A stretch of DNA of 64,000 nt from Blastocatellia bacterium (GCA_963765495.1 CAVXWP010000008.1:736001-800000), one strand, 5' to 3'; positions 29,877 to 40,471 are shown, counted from the stretch's first letter. Program-made: numbers and translations. The notes: generated from the letters alone by a model not told the origin.

Positions 29877-31142
29877 ATGGCAAAGATCACTGTCGGGATA
29901 CTGGGGCTTGGCACAGTCGGGACCGGAGTAGTAAAACTGCTGGCCGATGACCCGCGTTTCAAGGTCAAATGGGTCGCAGTTCGTGATAAATCAAAGGCTC
30001 GAAGGGTTGACATCTCTTCGGTGCGCGTGACCGACCAGCCTTTCGATTTAGTAAACGACCCGGAAGTGGAGATAGTCATCGAAGTCGCGGGAGGCATCTC
30101 CCCGATCTACGATTTGATCAAACAGGCAATCGAACAGGGCAAACACATTGTCACGGCCAACAAGGAGGTCATCGCCCGTCACGGGGCCGAGATATTCCAG
30201 CTTGCGCATAGAAAGAATGTAACGGTCTTGTTTGAAGCCGCCGTTGGCGGCGGCATACCTTTGATTTCGACCATTCAGCGCGGTCTTCAGGCCAATCAGA
30301 TTTCAAGAGTAGCCGGTATTCTAAACGGCACTACAAACTACATCCTGACGGCGATGGACGACCACGGACAGAGCTTCAATGATGCGCTCGCCGACGCGCA
30401 ACGTCTCGGTTTCGCCGAATCCGACCCGACAAATGATGTAGAAGGTTTCGATGTCGCCTATAAGATTACGATCCTCGCATCGCTTGCATTTGGCGGATTC
30501 GTCGAAGCCGATTCCGTCTATCGGCAGGGCATAACCCGGATAACGGATGCCGATATAGCGATAGCGCGCGAGTTCGGTTATAGAATAAAAATGATAGGTC
30601 TGGCTAGCCGTGGCAACGGATGTTTAGATGTGCGCGCGCATCCGATGCTTGTTCCCGCGCATCATCCGCTGGGCTCGGTCGAAGGCGCAAACAATGCCAT
30701 CTTTATCAGCGGTAGCGCCGTCGGCGAGGTGATGCTCGTAGGTCCCGGCGCGGGCGAAATGCCTACCGCAAGCGCCGTCGTGGGCGATCTGATCAGCCTT
30801 GCAAGCGCGCTCCGCCTCCCCGATTTCGCGCCATATTTTCAACCCTCGATTGTTGAGCACGAGTTGCCGCTCTGCTCAATCGAAGACGCTCAAAGCGCCT
30901 ATTACGTCAGGCTTGAAACCAATGACTCACCCGGCGTAATTGGCAATATAGGCCACGCGCTCGGCGGGCACGAGGTGAGCCTGCACAGTCTTGTACAGCG
31001 GGGCGTGAACGAAGACGGCGCGGCCACGATCATTTTGCTTACTCATCGCGCAAGCGAGCGAAATATGGCCCGGGCCTTGAAAGAGATCGAAGCCCAGGCG
31101 ACTACGAAACAGATCGGTATCGCCCTTCGAGTCTTTGAATGA
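29877..31142 (+). CDS. hom: Homoserine dehydrogenase with C-terminal ACT domain
   Basis: GLGTVG, VTANK, FEAAVGGGIP, GILNGTTNYIL, GPGAG..PTASAV. Confidence 0.96.
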   Translation: MAKITVGILGLGTVGTGVVKLLADDPRFKVKWVAVRDKSKARRVDISSVRVTDQPFDLVNDPEVEIVIEVAGGISPIYDLIKQAIEQGKHIVTANKEVIARHGAEIFQLAHRKNVTVLFEAAVGGGIPLISTIQRGLQANQISRVAGILNGTTNYILTAMDDHGQSFNDALADAQRLGFAESDPTNDVEGFDVAYKITILASLAFGGFVEADSVYRQGITRITDADIAIAREFGYRIKMIGLASRGNGCLDVRAHPMLVPAHHPLGSVEGANNAIFISGSAVGEVMLVGPGAGEMPTASAVVGDLISLASALRLPDFAPYFQPSIVEHELPLCSIEDAQSAYYVRLETNDSPGVIGNIGHALGGHEVSLHSLVQRGVNEDGAATIILLTHRASERNMARALKEIEAQATTKQIGIALRVFE

Positions 31143-31178
31143 AGGGGCGATGCAACTATTTATGATAGTTCGGGAATT

Positions 31179-32399
31179 ATGATAGTTCAGAAATTTGGCG
31201 GCACCTCGGTCAAGTCCGTCGCCCGCATAAAGAACGTGGCCGGGATAGTTGCCCGCGCGGCTGAAAATGAACGGGTGGTTGTCGTGGTCTCGGCAATGGG
31301 CGACACGACCGATTACCTTGTGAAGCTTGCGCGGCAGACCAGCAGGTCTCCAAATCATCGAGAGCTTGACGCGCTGCTTGCCACAGGCGAACAGATTTCG
31401 ATTGCGCTCGTTGCAATGGCCCTAAACGAGAGGGGAGTCAAATCTATTTCACTGACAGGCAGCCAGCTTGGCATCATCACCGAAGGCGTACACACCGCCG
31501 CTCGTATCGTAGACATAAAGACAGACCGGATTCGGCATTATCTGGATGACGGCTTTATTGTTGTAGCGGCCGGTTTTCAGGGCACCACGCCCGAAGGTCA
31601 CATTACTACTCTGGGCCGGGGCGGCTCCGACACTACGGCCGTTGCGCTCGCCGCCGCGCTTTGCGCCGCCCGCTGCGACATCTACACCGATGTGAGCGGC
31701 GTCTACACGGCAGATCCGAACGTAGTCAGTACGGCGCGTCTTCTCGATGAGATATCTTATGAAGAGATGCTCGAAATGGCGCGTGTCGGCGCGAAAGTCC
31801 TGCACCCTCGCGCCGTCGAGCTTGCGCGAAAGCACAATCTGCCCTTGAGAGTCAGGAATACTTTCGACCCCGATCATCCGGGCACCCTGCTAAAAGGAGC
31901 TGACAAAATGGAAATCTACCGGCCCGTGAGCGGCGTCAACGTAGACAACAACCAGGCGCGACTGGCTATCTTGAAAGTGCCTGACAGGCCAGGTATAGCG
32001 GGCGAAGTCTTTGGCGCGCTGGCCGAACACGACATAGGCGTGGACATGATAATTCAGGCATTCCACGAAGACCGTTCGGTTAATGACATTACCTTTGTCG
32101 TCAGGCGCGAAGATCTCGACGCGGCCAGAGGGTCTCTTGAAGAGATAGCCGCTCGCATAGGCGCAGAAGGCGTGCTCTGTGATCAGGATGTTGCAAAGGT
32201 GAGCATAGTCGGCGCGGCACTTATGGATCACCCGCGTGTGGCTTCAAAGATGTTTTCGGCGCTCGGGGAAGCGGGCATCAATATAAAGATGATCTCGACC
32301 TCCGACATTCGCATAAGCTGCGCCGTAAGCGAGCGTGATGCTGAAAGAGCCGTACAGATCGTTCACGACCTTTTCCATCTGGATGAAGAGAGTGTATGA
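31179..32399 (+). CDS. lysC: Aspartate kinase (alpha subunit, two ACT domains)
   Basis: VQKFGGTSV, VVVVSAMG, LGRGGSDTTAV, YTDVSGVYTADP. Confidence 0.97.
   Translation: MIVQKFGGTSVKSVARIKNVAGIVARAAENERVVVVVSAMGDTTDYLVKLARQTSRSPNHRELDALLATGEQISIALVAMALNERGVKSISLTGSQLGIITEGVHTAARIVDIKTDRIRHYLDDGFIVVAAGFQGTTPEGHITTLGRGGSDTTAVALAAALCAARCDIYTDVSGVYTADPNVVSTARLLDEISYEEMLEMARVGAKVLHPRAVELARKHNLPLRVRNTFDPDHPGTLLKGADKMEIYRPVSGVNVDNNQARLAILKVPDRPGIAGEVFGALAEHDIGVDMIIQAFHEDRSVNDITFVVRREDLDAARGSLEEIAARIGAEGVLCDQDVAKVSIVGAALMDHPRVASKMFSALGEAGINIKMISTSDIRISCAVSERDAERAVQIVHDLFHLDEESV
31908..32399 (+). CDS. Putative aspartate kinase beta subunit (in-frame internal start)
   Basis: AAGGAG SD 8 nt before the in-frame ATG (Met244), exactly at the kinase/ACT boundary. 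Confidence 0.65.
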   Translation: MEIYRPVSGVNVDNNQARLAILKVPDRPGIAGEVFGALAEHDIGVDMIIQAFHEDRSVNDITFVVRREDLDAARGSLEEIAARIGAEGVLCDQDVAKVSIVGAALMDHPRVASKMFSALGEAGINIKMISTSDIRISCAVSERDAERAVQIVHDLFHLDEESV

Positions 32400-32400
32400 G

Positions 32401-32587
32401 TACTTCCGCAAGAGATTGGTAGAAATGAAATTGAATGAAAGGAAGTTTGGAATAGGCCGCGGATGCGGCGGATTCACGCGGATATGACAATTTATGATCT
32501 AATCCGCGAAGGTCCGCCACATCCGCGCCCGTCCCGGCCTATTTTTGATTACCCTGCTTTGGAGCTTCTTTTGTACCAATCTCTTGC
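32401..32587. mobile_element. Palindromic MITE/REPIN-like element copy 2 (type-A ends)
   Basis: Outer IR GCAAGAGATTGGTAGAAA (32408-32425) / TTTGTACCAATCTCTTGC (32570-32587); inner AATAGGCC...GGCCTATT palindrome with a deletion of about 9 nt in the left arm. Confidence 0.8.
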
Positions 32588-32646
32588 ATTTCGATCTAGA
32601 AAGTGAGACATGCTTTCTTCCCAACCATTCATATTCGGAGCGTTAG

Positions 32647-34338
32647 ATGAAACTTGCCGCGATTGATATCGGTTCAAATTCGATCCATCTGGTAGTCGTG
32701 CAAGCCGAGCAGGGCCGCCATATGGAAATTATTGACCGGGAAAAAGAGATGGCCCGCCTCGGCGCAGGGACTCTGCGCGAGCACAGGCTGTCGGAAGAGA
32801 CTATTGCCCGCGCTGTAACAACGCTCCGCCGGTTCAAACAGATTGCTGAATCCAACTCAGCGCAGCCTATCATTGCCACCGCTACATCGGCGGTGCGGGA
32901 ATCGGTCAATGCTTACGAATTTCTTGAGGCCGTGAGAAAAAAAGTCGGCCTGAACGTTCAATTGCTGCCCGGCGTTGAAGAGGCGCGACTGATCGCGCTC
33001 GCCGTCTCGGAAGTCACAGATTTCGACGGTCGCCGCGCTCTGATTATCGACATCGGCGGAGGCTCTACCGAATTCATCATTACCGACGGGCGCACACCTG
33101 AATTGCTTATGTCCGTGCGGTTGGGCGCAGTCAGGCTTTCTGAGAAATTCATCACTACTGACCCTATTTCAAAGGGAGAGCGCGAACGCCTTGTGACAAC
33201 GATTAGAGCCGACCTGACGCGAGTCGCCTGGGAGATCAAGAATACGGGATTCGATTTCGTAGTGGGGACATCGGGGACAATCCTGAATCTGGCGGATATG
33301 GTTTCGCGCAACGAAGAGGAAGCCGACAGCGAGGGCGCATCGGGATTTGATTCTTTCATCCATACAATCGGATATGATCGACTGGTAGAAATGAACCAGA
33401 AATTGAGCGGCATGACGCTAAGAAAGCGCCGACGCGTGCCGGGACTTGAAAAGGGTCGCGCAGACATTATTGTAGCGGGCGGGCTTCTGCTTGAGACGAT
33501 ACTCTCCGAATTGGGGATACAGAGGATCACAAGCTGTGACTGGTCTTTGAGAGAAGGCGTTATACTCGATTACATCAGAAAACACTCTCCCGATCATCAA
33601 GGAGCCGGACCTCTGACGGAGTCTGTTCTGACAACTCCGGGTGGGCCAAGCCGACAATTGATGGATCAGATCATCGACGGCTCGGCAAGCGACGTTCGGA
33701 CCAGGTCTGTGCTGTCGCTTGCGAGGCGATATGATTATGATGCGAAACATTCGCATCACATAGCGCGACTTGCGGCAAAGATTTTCGATGATACCGTAAC
33801 GCTCCACGGCATGGGCGAACAGGAGCGCAAGATGCTGCTTTACGCCGCGATTCTTCACGACATCGGCTATCATATCGCCCCGGGCAACCATCATCGTCAT
33901 AGCCTTTATCTGATAAAGAACTCCGAGATGCCTGGATTTACCGGAAATGAAATCGCGTTACTTGCCACGATAGTCAGGTATCATCGCGGTTCGCTCCCCA
34001 GAAAGACCGATGACATTCGCCTTATCCACGATCACGATGATTTCTGGATGCTTAGAAGAGCAAATCGAAAACGGGCGCTTAAACTCGCCTCCATCCTCCA
34101 GATCGCCGATGGACTCGACCGCTCCTACAGTCAGAAGGTGAGCGGAGTCGCCTGCGATGTAAAAGGACGAAAGATTACCTTTAATGTCGAATGCTTTGAC
34201 GAATGCGATCTTGAAATATGGTCTGCCGAACGAAAGGCCCGATGGTTTGCCGAAATATTCCGCGCCCGAGTCAAATTCAAGCGTTCGATGGCGAAAGCTG
34301 CCCTTAAAGATTCGCCTGAACAGATGCATTTGTCTTGA
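32647..34338 (+). CDS. ppx: Ppx/GppA exopolyphosphatase with HD domain
   Basis: AAIDIGSNS, ATSAVRE, DIGGGSTE, LREG, LHDIG. Confidence 0.93.
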   Translation: MKLAAIDIGSNSIHLVVVQAEQGRHMEIIDREKEMARLGAGTLREHRLSEETIARAVTTLRRFKQIAESNSAQPIIATATSAVRESVNAYEFLEAVRKKVGLNVQLLPGVEEARLIALAVSEVTDFDGRRALIIDIGGGSTEFIITDGRTPELLMSVRLGAVRLSEKFITTDPISKGERERLVTTIRADLTRVAWEIKNTGFDFVVGTSGTILNLADMVSRNEEEADSEGASGFDSFIHTIGYDRLVEMNQKLSGMTLRKRRRVPGLEKGRADIIVAGGLLLETILSELGIQRITSCDWSLREGVILDYIRKHSPDHQGAGPLTESVLTTPGGPSRQLMDQIIDGSASDVRTRSVLSLARRYDYDAKHSHHIARLAAKIFDDTVTLHGMGEQERKMLLYAAILHDIGYHIAPGNHHRHSLYLIKNSEMPGFTGNEIALLATIVRYHRGSLPRKTDDIRLIHDHDDFWMLRRANRKRALKLASILQIADGLDRSYSQKVSGVACDVKGRKITFNVECFDECDLEIWSAERKARWFAEIFRARVKFKRSMAKAALKDSPEQMHLS

Positions 34339-34439
34339 GAGATGAGCGTTCTTCGGGATTTGAACCGTTCGCTCTATATTTTGCCTTAACAATAATGCCT
34401 TAAATCGCTGTATGTGCTGTGTTTTTGGAATCAAGTTTA

Positions 34440-34468
34440 TTGACACTGAAGCCGTAAATGCATAACAT
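34440..34468 (+). promoter_or_regulatory. Sigma70-type promoter of ihfA
   Basis: TTGACA-17 nt-TAACAT. Confidence 0.6.
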
Positions 34469-34575
34469 AGTCCAGACGCGATTGTAGAATCAGGCAATCG
34501 TCGGAAGATGTTGCGAGGTTTTTGGTGGATGCTTGGCCGCGCGATAAATACTGCGACCAGGGGACCAATCCCGGC

Positions 34576-34845
34576 ATGACCAAAGCTGATCTCGCAAGAA
34601 GAATCTCAGAGAAACATGGGAATATCACCAGACGCGAGGCTTTACGTCTGGTCAATCTGGTATTTGATCTCATCAAGCTGCGATTACAGGAAGGCGAGAG
34701 CTTGCACATAGTCGGGTTCGGCACATTTGAGGTGATCTCTCGCAAACCGAGAACCGGGCGAAACCCTATCACTGGCGAGCCCATCGAATTGCCCGGTCAT
34801 CGCGCTCTGGTTTTCCGGCCTTCGCGCTCCCTGAGATCGGTTTGA
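34576..34845 (+). CDS. ihfA: Integration host factor alpha / HU family protein
   Basis: MTKADLA, GFGTF, RTGRNPITG, FRPS; ihfA-merR-tRNA-Pro synteny. Confidence 0.85.
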   Translation: MTKADLARRISEKHGNITRREALRLVNLVFDLIKLRLQEGESLHIVGFGTFEVISRKPRTGRNPITGEPIELPGHRALVFRPSRSLRSV

Positions 34846-34885
34846 CGAGCCTGCGAGGAGTTCATAGCTTGTCTTCGAGACCACT

Positions 34886-35428
34886 ATGGAAGTGAGATCA
34901 AGAATCCCGGAAAAGCTCTTCTTCCGAATCGGAGAGGTCTGCGAATTGATAAAGGTGCAGCCGCATGTTCTCCGCTACTGGGAGACGGAGTTCCCCATGC
35001 TCGCTCCCCAGAAAAACCGCGCAGGCCAGCGCGTATATCGCCGCAAGGATGTCGAGATGGTGATGCGGATACGCGATCTTCTTTATGAAGAAAAGTTCAC
35101 CATAGCCGGCGCGAAGAAGAAATTGATGGATGAAATACGCGGAGGTTCCCCGCGTTCGAAGACATCACCAAAAGAGACCCCGGCAAAAGAGACGCAAGCA
35201 GACCAGCCCGAACAACCCATGACAGCAAAACCCGCCGAAGCCACCGAAGAAGCAGCCAGACCGGTCGAAACCAGCCCCTCACAGGCAATTGAACCGCCAG
35301 TTGGGTCTTCCGTTGAGTCTCCCACTCCCGCCCTTCCTCCCAGATCGCAGAGGGCCATAAGAATGATAAAACGCGATCTTGAGGAGTTGTTGACAATGCT
35401 CAACACGGATGCTAGCATCAGGAGTTGA
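34886..35428 (+). CDS. MerR-family HTH protein
   Basis: [25 protein letters not shown]...[13 protein letters not shown]. Confidence 0.92.
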   Translation: MEVRSRIPEKLFFRIGEVCELIKVQPHVLRYWETEFPMLAPQKNRAGQRVYRRKDVEMVMRIRDLLYEEKFTIAGAKKKLMDEIRGGSPRSKTSPKETPAKETQADQPEQPMTAKPAEATEEAARPVETSPSQAIEPPVGSSVESPTPALPPRSQRAIRMIKRDLEELLTMLNTDASIRS

Positions 35429-35453
35429 TCACGGCAGAATATAGCCGACCGTA

Positions 35454-35531
<78 letters not shown>

Positions 35532-35540
35532 AGATTCTCA

Positions 35541-35617
35541 ACCCAGAACATAAGACCAAAGACGAAAAACCCTCGGTTTGGATTAGGGGCTTCGGTCTGG
35601 TAAGCTTGGTTCTGGGT
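35541..35617. repeat. Imperfect long hairpin between tRNA-Pro and surE
   Basis: ACCCAGAAC / GTTCTGGGT outer arms; AGACCAAAG / CTTCGGTCT inner arms. Confidence 0.5.
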
Positions 35618-35627
35618 CTAATTATTT

Positions 35628-36392
35628 ATGCCAAAGATACTTGTAACAAACGATGACGGGATACATTCGGCAGGTATTGTCGCGCTCGCCGAATCGCTTC
35701 AAACCATAGGCGATGTGGTTGTTGTCGCGCCCGCGCACGAGATGAGCGCGGCTTCACACTCGCTTACATTGATGCGCCCTCTGAGAGTACAAAAGATCGA
35801 TGACGCGCATTATTCGATAGATGGAACTCCGACCGATTGCGTCACGATGGCGATGAACCTGATACTCAAAGAGGACCCGCCCGATCTTGTGGTTTCGGGA
35901 ATAAACAAGGGCGGCAATCTCGGCGATGATGTGACCTATTCGGGAACCGTCGCGGGCGCGCTGGAAGCCTCTATCTACGGATTGCCGGGAATCGCAATAA
36001 GCCTCGTTCAACGAACCAATTTTGATTTTACCCACGCAGCGGAATTGGCTCGAGAACTTGCGCGCCGCGTCCTCGGAGACGGGCTTCCTCGCGGCACGCT
36101 GCTAAATGTCAATGTGCCGCCCGGCCCTATCCGCGAAGTGATTATTACGAGACAGGGCAACAAGATTATCCGCCCGACCATCATCGAAGGCACCGATCCG
36201 CGCCAGCGCCAGTATTACTGGATCGGTGAAGAAGCGTTCACCTGGAACGAGGAAGAAGGCACTGATTACGAAGCAGTGCGCCACGGCAATGTTTCAATCA
36301 CCCCGCTCCGCAACGACCTTACCGATTATCGTATGCTCGATGACATCAGGTCGAGGGATTGGGATATAACACTGGAAATACAATCGAAATGA
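35628..36392 (+). CDS. surE: 5'/3'-nucleotidase SurE
   Basis: ILVTNDDG, GTPTDCV, SGINKGGNLG, YSGTVAGA. Confidence 0.97.
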   Translation: MPKILVTNDDGIHSAGIVALAESLQTIGDVVVVAPAHEMSAASHSLTLMRPLRVQKIDDAHYSIDGTPTDCVTMAMNLILKEDPPDLVVSGINKGGNLGDDVTYSGTVAGALEASIYGLPGIAISLVQRTNFDFTHAAELARELARRVLGDGLPRGTLLNVNVPPGPIREVIITRQGNKIIRPTIIEGTDPRQRQYYWIGEEAFTWNEEEGTDYEAVRHGNVSITPLRNDLTDYRMLDDIRSRDWDITLEIQSK

Positions 36393-37066
36393 GATCGCCT
36401 CGCCTAAATGAAGTGTACCCCGGAGCCAATCTTTATCAATCACAACGCGCTCGCATGGTAGATTTGCTCAGACAACGCGGCATCCGAGACGAGCGCGTGC
36501 TTGAGGCGATGCTCGCTATCCCCCGACATACGTTTGTTCCAGAGGCGCTTGAAGCAAAGGCTTACGGCGATCACGCGCTGCCCATAGGGCAGTTCCAGAC
36601 CATATCCCAGCCCTACATGGTCGCTCGAATGACGGAACTGATCGAAGTAGACAAAAACTCGACTGTGCTGGAAATCGGGGCCGGGTGCGGGTATCAGACT
36701 TCGGTGCTTTCAAGCGTAGCCGGGCGCGTCTTTGCCATAGAGCGAATCAGTGATCTGGCGCGAACTGCACAGGCAAACATCAGGCAACTGGGCTGTTATA
36801 ACGCTACGGTTAAATGGTTCGACGGAACTATAGGCTGGAGCGACCACGCCCCCTACGATGCGATTCTCGTGGCCGCCGGAAGCCCTAAAATCCCTGAGCC
36901 CCTCGTTGCTCAACTCGCTGTTGGCGGCAGGCTGGTTATTCCAATAGGCGATGAAGAGAAACAGACGCTTGTGCGTGTGATAAGAACGGAAAGGGGGACC
37001 ATCCGCGAAGAACACGGCCTGTGCCAGTTCGTCAAATTGATAGGCCGTCACGGCTGGGAACCTTGA
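36389..37066 (+). CDS. pcm: Protein-L-isoaspartate O-methyltransferase
   Basis: QTISQPY, VLEIGAGCGY, APYDAI, GGRLVIP; ATGA overlap with surE. Confidence 0.95.
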   Translation: MRSPRLNEVYPGANLYQSQRARMVDLLRQRGIRDERVLEAMLAIPRHTFVPEALEAKAYGDHALPIGQFQTISQPYMVARMTELIEVDKNSTVLEIGAGCGYQTSVLSSVAGRVFAIERISDLARTAQANIRQLGCYNATVKWFDGTIGWSDHAPYDAILVAAGSPKIPEPLVAQLAVGGRLVIPIGDEEKQTLVRVIRTERGTIREEHGLCQFVKLIGRHGWEP

Positions 37067-37126
37067 AACGTTTCTTCTCCGATCACCGTGTCAACTACTC
37101 ATTGATTTTTACATGTTTGAGGCTAT

Positions 37127-37837
37127 ATGGAATGGATTAGCTACTTCATAGACCTGTTTCTACATCTGGATAAACATTTGAATGAAGTGATTCAGGATTA
37201 TGGCATCTGGACTTATCTGATACTGTTTCTGATTATCTTCTGCGAGACCGGCCTCGTTGTAACACCAATACTGCCGGGCGATTCGCTTCTTTTTGCGGCG
37301 GGCGCTCTCTCAGCCACTACGGGCAGCCCGCTCAATCCCGTGGTGCTCTTCCTGCTCCTGTCGGTCGCGGCCATCCTCGGCGACACCGTTAATTACTGGA
37401 TAGGCGCATACGTTGGGCCAAAGGTGTTTCAAAAAGAGAAAGTCCGATTCTTCAAAAAAGAGTACCTTGTGCGCACTCACGAGTTTTATGAAAAACACGG
37501 TGGAAAGACCATCATTATAGCCCGATTCATCCCGATTATTCGCACCTTCGCTCCATTCGTCGCCGGAATCGGCAGCATGACTTACTGGCACTTTATCGGC
37601 TTTAACATAGCAGGGGGATTACTCTGGGTAGCAGTTACCATTTTTTCAGGCTATCTGTTTGGCAACATCCCTTTTGTGAAGAACAATTTTTCTATTGTTA
37701 TAATAGCAATCGTTTTTATCTCAGTTTTGCCCGGCATAATCGAATATATCCGCCAGCGAAGCAGAGGTTCTGAGCGAGACGGCATAGCTCAGGATGAAAA
37801 ACAGACCAATCAGGTCATTGACTCGGCAAGCAAATAA
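37127..37837 (+). CDS. dedA: DedA family membrane protein
   Basis: [32 protein letters not shown]. Confidence 0.95.
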   Translation: MEWISYFIDLFLHLDKHLNEVIQDYGIWTYLILFLIIFCETGLVVTPILPGDSLLFAAGALSATTGSPLNPVVLFLLLSVAAILGDTVNYWIGAYVGPKVFQKEKVRFFKKEYLVRTHEFYEKHGGKTIIIARFIPIIRTFAPFVAGIGSMTYWHFIGFNIAGGLLWVAVTIFSGYLFGNIPFVKNNFSIVIIAIVFISVLPGIIEYIRQRSRGSERDGIAQDEKQTNQVIDSASK

Positions 37838-37972
37838 ACCGGGCAATTTAGGTCTTAGATTTACCTGCCGAGATCGTAGAAACCTATTGACCTTTGGCGG
37901 ATCGCGCACCGAGACTGAGATTTCAAATCTCTGATCTCAAATAGCCCCAAATCTTAAACGGAGGCAGAGGTA

Positions 37973-39652
37973 ATGCCTATAATTGCAGCCGCAGAAGCTG
38001 CCAGCAGTGGTCCAGAGACTCATTCAGCCATAACCATTTTCATAATCCTGCTTCTGATCGCGGCTGTTGTGGCGATGGCCACCAAATGGATAAATGTTCC
38101 ATACACGCTGGCGCTCGTCATCATAGGGCTGCTGATCAGCCCTATGCACTTCATCCCAGCCGTGCATATCTCGCCGGCCTTGATCTTGCTTATATTTCTG
38201 CCTGCCCTTCTGTTTGAAGCAGCCTGGAATCTCAAACTCGATCACCTGCGCGAGAATATTTTTCCCATTATGACGCTAGCCATCTGGGGAGTCTGCACCT
38301 CAGTCGGTGTCATAGGGTTGATCCTGCATCTCGGCATAGGGCTCTCCTGGTCGCTTGCCCTGCTTTACGGAGCTATGATCTCGGCAACCGATCCTGTCTC
38401 GGTGCTTGCCCTGTTTAAGAAACTAGGAGCGCCAAAACGGCTGAACACAATCGTAGAAGGGGAAAGCCTCTTCAACGACGGCACGGCTGTCGTCGTATTC
38501 AAAATCATTCTGGGCATAATAATCGGCACTACGGCGGGCTCGACAGGAACGATTGTTTTAGGCTCTTTGCGTGAGTTTGCGCTGGTAGTATTTGGCGGGC
38601 TTGCGGTTGGCGCGGCGGTCGGGATGATAGCCTCAATAGTGACGGCCTATTTTGACGACCATCTTCTTGAGATCATGTTGACGACCATCGCTGCATACGG
38701 CTCGTTTCTGCTCGCCGAAGAATTGCTGCACGTTTCCCCCGTAATAGCAGTTCTTGTGGCCGGGTTGATAATAGGAAATTACGGGCGCGAAAAGGGGATG
38801 TCGCCAACAACTCAGATCGCAGTCAATTCGTTCTGGGAGTTCGCGGCATTCGTAGTTAACTCGCTGGTCTTTTTGTTGATCGGGTTGGAGGTTCAGATTT
38901 CGATGCTGGCCGAGAATGCCTGGCCGATAGCCTGGGCGGTGCTTGCAATGCTTGCGGCTCGGATGGTGGCGATTTACACGCTAGTTCCGCTCGCGAACCG
39001 ATTCTCTCATCCGGTGCCGTTCAGATGGCAGCACGTTTTATTCTGGGGAGGGCTTCGCGGGTCTCTGTCGATGGCTCTCGTACTCAGCCTGCCAACTGAA
39101 ATCCCGGGTAGGCCTCAACTTGTTGTGTTGATATTCGGCACTGTCATCTTCAGCCTTCTCGCACAGGGTTTGACTATCTCGCCACTTCTCAGATGGCTCG
39201 GAATCACAAAAGCCGAGCCGGAATGCAACCGGTATGAATATTTGCACGGACAACTCCTGACCGAAGCAGCCGCCCTGACAGAACTCGACAATCTTCATCA
39301 TCGCGGTTTGATAACGGCGCGGGTCTTCGACGGGTTGCAAAAGGAATTGTCCGAGGATTATCAGGAGTTGAACAAAAAGCTGGCGCTACTCGGCGCAGAA
39401 GAGAGAGAAGTCGAGCAGGATCAGCAGAAGCGAATCAGGCTTCATCTGCTTAATATAAGAAAGGCCCGTCTCAACGAACTCCTCAGAGAAGGCGTCATAT
39501 CCGAAGCTGCCTACAACGAATTAAACGAGCACGTGGACGATGAGATGGCCCGACTCCATTCTGACGTAGATTTGCCGGAACTTATTTCTGAGATCGCCGA
39601 ACACGAAAAAACAATGGACATAGCCAACGATATCGAAGAGGGCTCAACCTAA
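37973..39652 (+). CDS. CPA1 Na+/H+ antiporter
   Basis: FLPALLF, SATDPVSV, EGESLFNDG, WGGLRG; C-terminal helical tail. Confidence 0.93.
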   Translation: MPIIAAAEAASSGPETHSAITIFIILLLIAAVVAMATKWINVPYTLALVIIGLLISPMHFIPAVHISPALILLIFLPALLFEAAWNLKLDHLRENIFPIMTLAIWGVCTSVGVIGLILHLGIGLSWSLALLYGAMISATDPVSVLALFKKLGAPKRLNTIVEGESLFNDGTAVVVFKIILGIIIGTTAGSTGTIVLGSLREFALVVFGGLAVGAAVGMIASIVTAYFDDHLLEIMLTTIAAYGSFLLAEELLHVSPVIAVLVAGLIIGNYGREKGMSPTTQIAVNSFWEFAAFVVNSLVFLLIGLEVQISMLAENAWPIAWAVLAMLAARMVAIYTLVPLANRFSHPVPFRWQHVLFWGGLRGSLSMALVLSLPTEIPGRPQLVVLIFGTVIFSLLAQGLTISPLLRWLGITKAEPECNRYEYLHGQLLTEAAALTELDNLHHRGLITARVFDGLQKELSEDYQELNKKLALLGAEEREVEQDQQKRIRLHLLNIRKARLNELLREGVISEAAYNELNEHVDDEMARLHSDVDLPELISEIAEHEKTMDIANDIEEGST

Positions 39653-39690
39653 AAGGCAGGACCGTTCGGTATTCCAACCTCTAAAACTGA

Positions 39691-39742
39691 GAGATTGAAA
39701 TAGGCCAGGATGGACGCGGATCGGGCGGATTTACGCGGATCT
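39691..39742. repeat. Half copy (left arm only) of the palindromic element, copy 3
   Basis: GAAATAGGCCAGGATGGACGCGGATCGGGCGGATTTACGCGGATCT matches the left arm of copies 1 and 4. Confidence 0.8.
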
Positions 39743-39807
39743 AACCTTAGCTGGTTTAATTCCTAACCCATAAAGGAGATGAGGGGCAAACCGAAACGAT
39801 CTCCGGT

Positions 39808-39838
39808 TCATCCCTCATCCCTCATCCCTCATCCCTCA
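39808..39838. repeat. Heptamer array (TCATCCC)4 containing the peroxiredoxin stop codon
   Basis: On the minus strand (TGAGGGA)4TGA begins with the stop codon; single inverted unit at 39778-39786. Confidence 0.88.
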
Positions 39839-40471
39839 CTTATTGGGTTGCGGAGTAACGCGCAGGTATGGCTTCAGAGTCTTCCAGCCTGCCGGGAATT
39901 TGGCCTTCGCATCTTCGTCGGAAATAGCGGGCACGATAATGCAATCGTCGCCGTCTTTCCAGTTTACCGGCGTAGCCACGCTATGATTTGCCGTTAGCTG
40001 CAAAGAATCAATCACGCGCAGAATCTCGTCAAAGTTGCGGCCCGTGCTGGCCGGGTAGGTTATCATCAGCTTCACCTTTTTATCAGGGCCAATGACGTAG
40101 ACGGAACGCACCGTCAGCGTATCGTTGGCATTCGGGTGAATCATGTCATAGAGGTCCGATACTTTCCTGTCGCTGTCTGCGATTACAGGGAAATTCAAAG
40201 CCGTTCCCTGTGTCTCTTCAATGTCTGCGGCCCATCTCTTGTGCGAATCTACAGGGTCTACGCTGAGACCGATTACTTTAACGTTGCGTTTGTCAAACTC
40301 CGGTTTCTGCCGCGCAACTTCGCCAAGCTCGGTCGTGCAGACAGGAGTAAAATCCTTCGGGTGAGAGAACAAAATTGCCCAGCTATCGCCAAGCCATTCG
40401 TGGAAACTGACCGGGCCTTCTGTAGTCTCTGCGGTAAAGTCAGGTGCGGTATCGCCTAAACGAATCGCCAT
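39836..40471 (-). CDS. 1-Cys peroxiredoxin (Prx6)
   Basis: FSHPKDFTPVCTTE, YPASTGRNFDE, ATPVNW; start MAIRLG. Confidence 0.95.
   Translation of the reverse strand: MAIRLGDTAPDFTAETTEGPVSFHEWLGDSWAILFSHPKDFTPVCTTELGEVARQKPEFDKRNVKVIGLSVDPVDSHKRWAADIEETQGTALNFPVIADSDRKVSDLYDMIHPNANDTLTVRSVYVIGPDKKVKLMITYPASTGRNFDEILRVIDSLQLTANHSVATPVNWKDGDDCIIVPAISDEDAKAKFPAGWKTLKPYLRVTPQPNK

Noticed and set aside
34429-34442. IHF autoregulatory site at the ihfA -35 box
   Set aside because: AATCAA-GTTTA-TTG has a 5-nt spacer instead of the consensus 4.
37838-37972. Na+/Li+/fluoride riboswitch before the antiporter
   Set aside because: No recognisable consensus; the region looks like degenerate GAGATTT/AAATCTC repeats.
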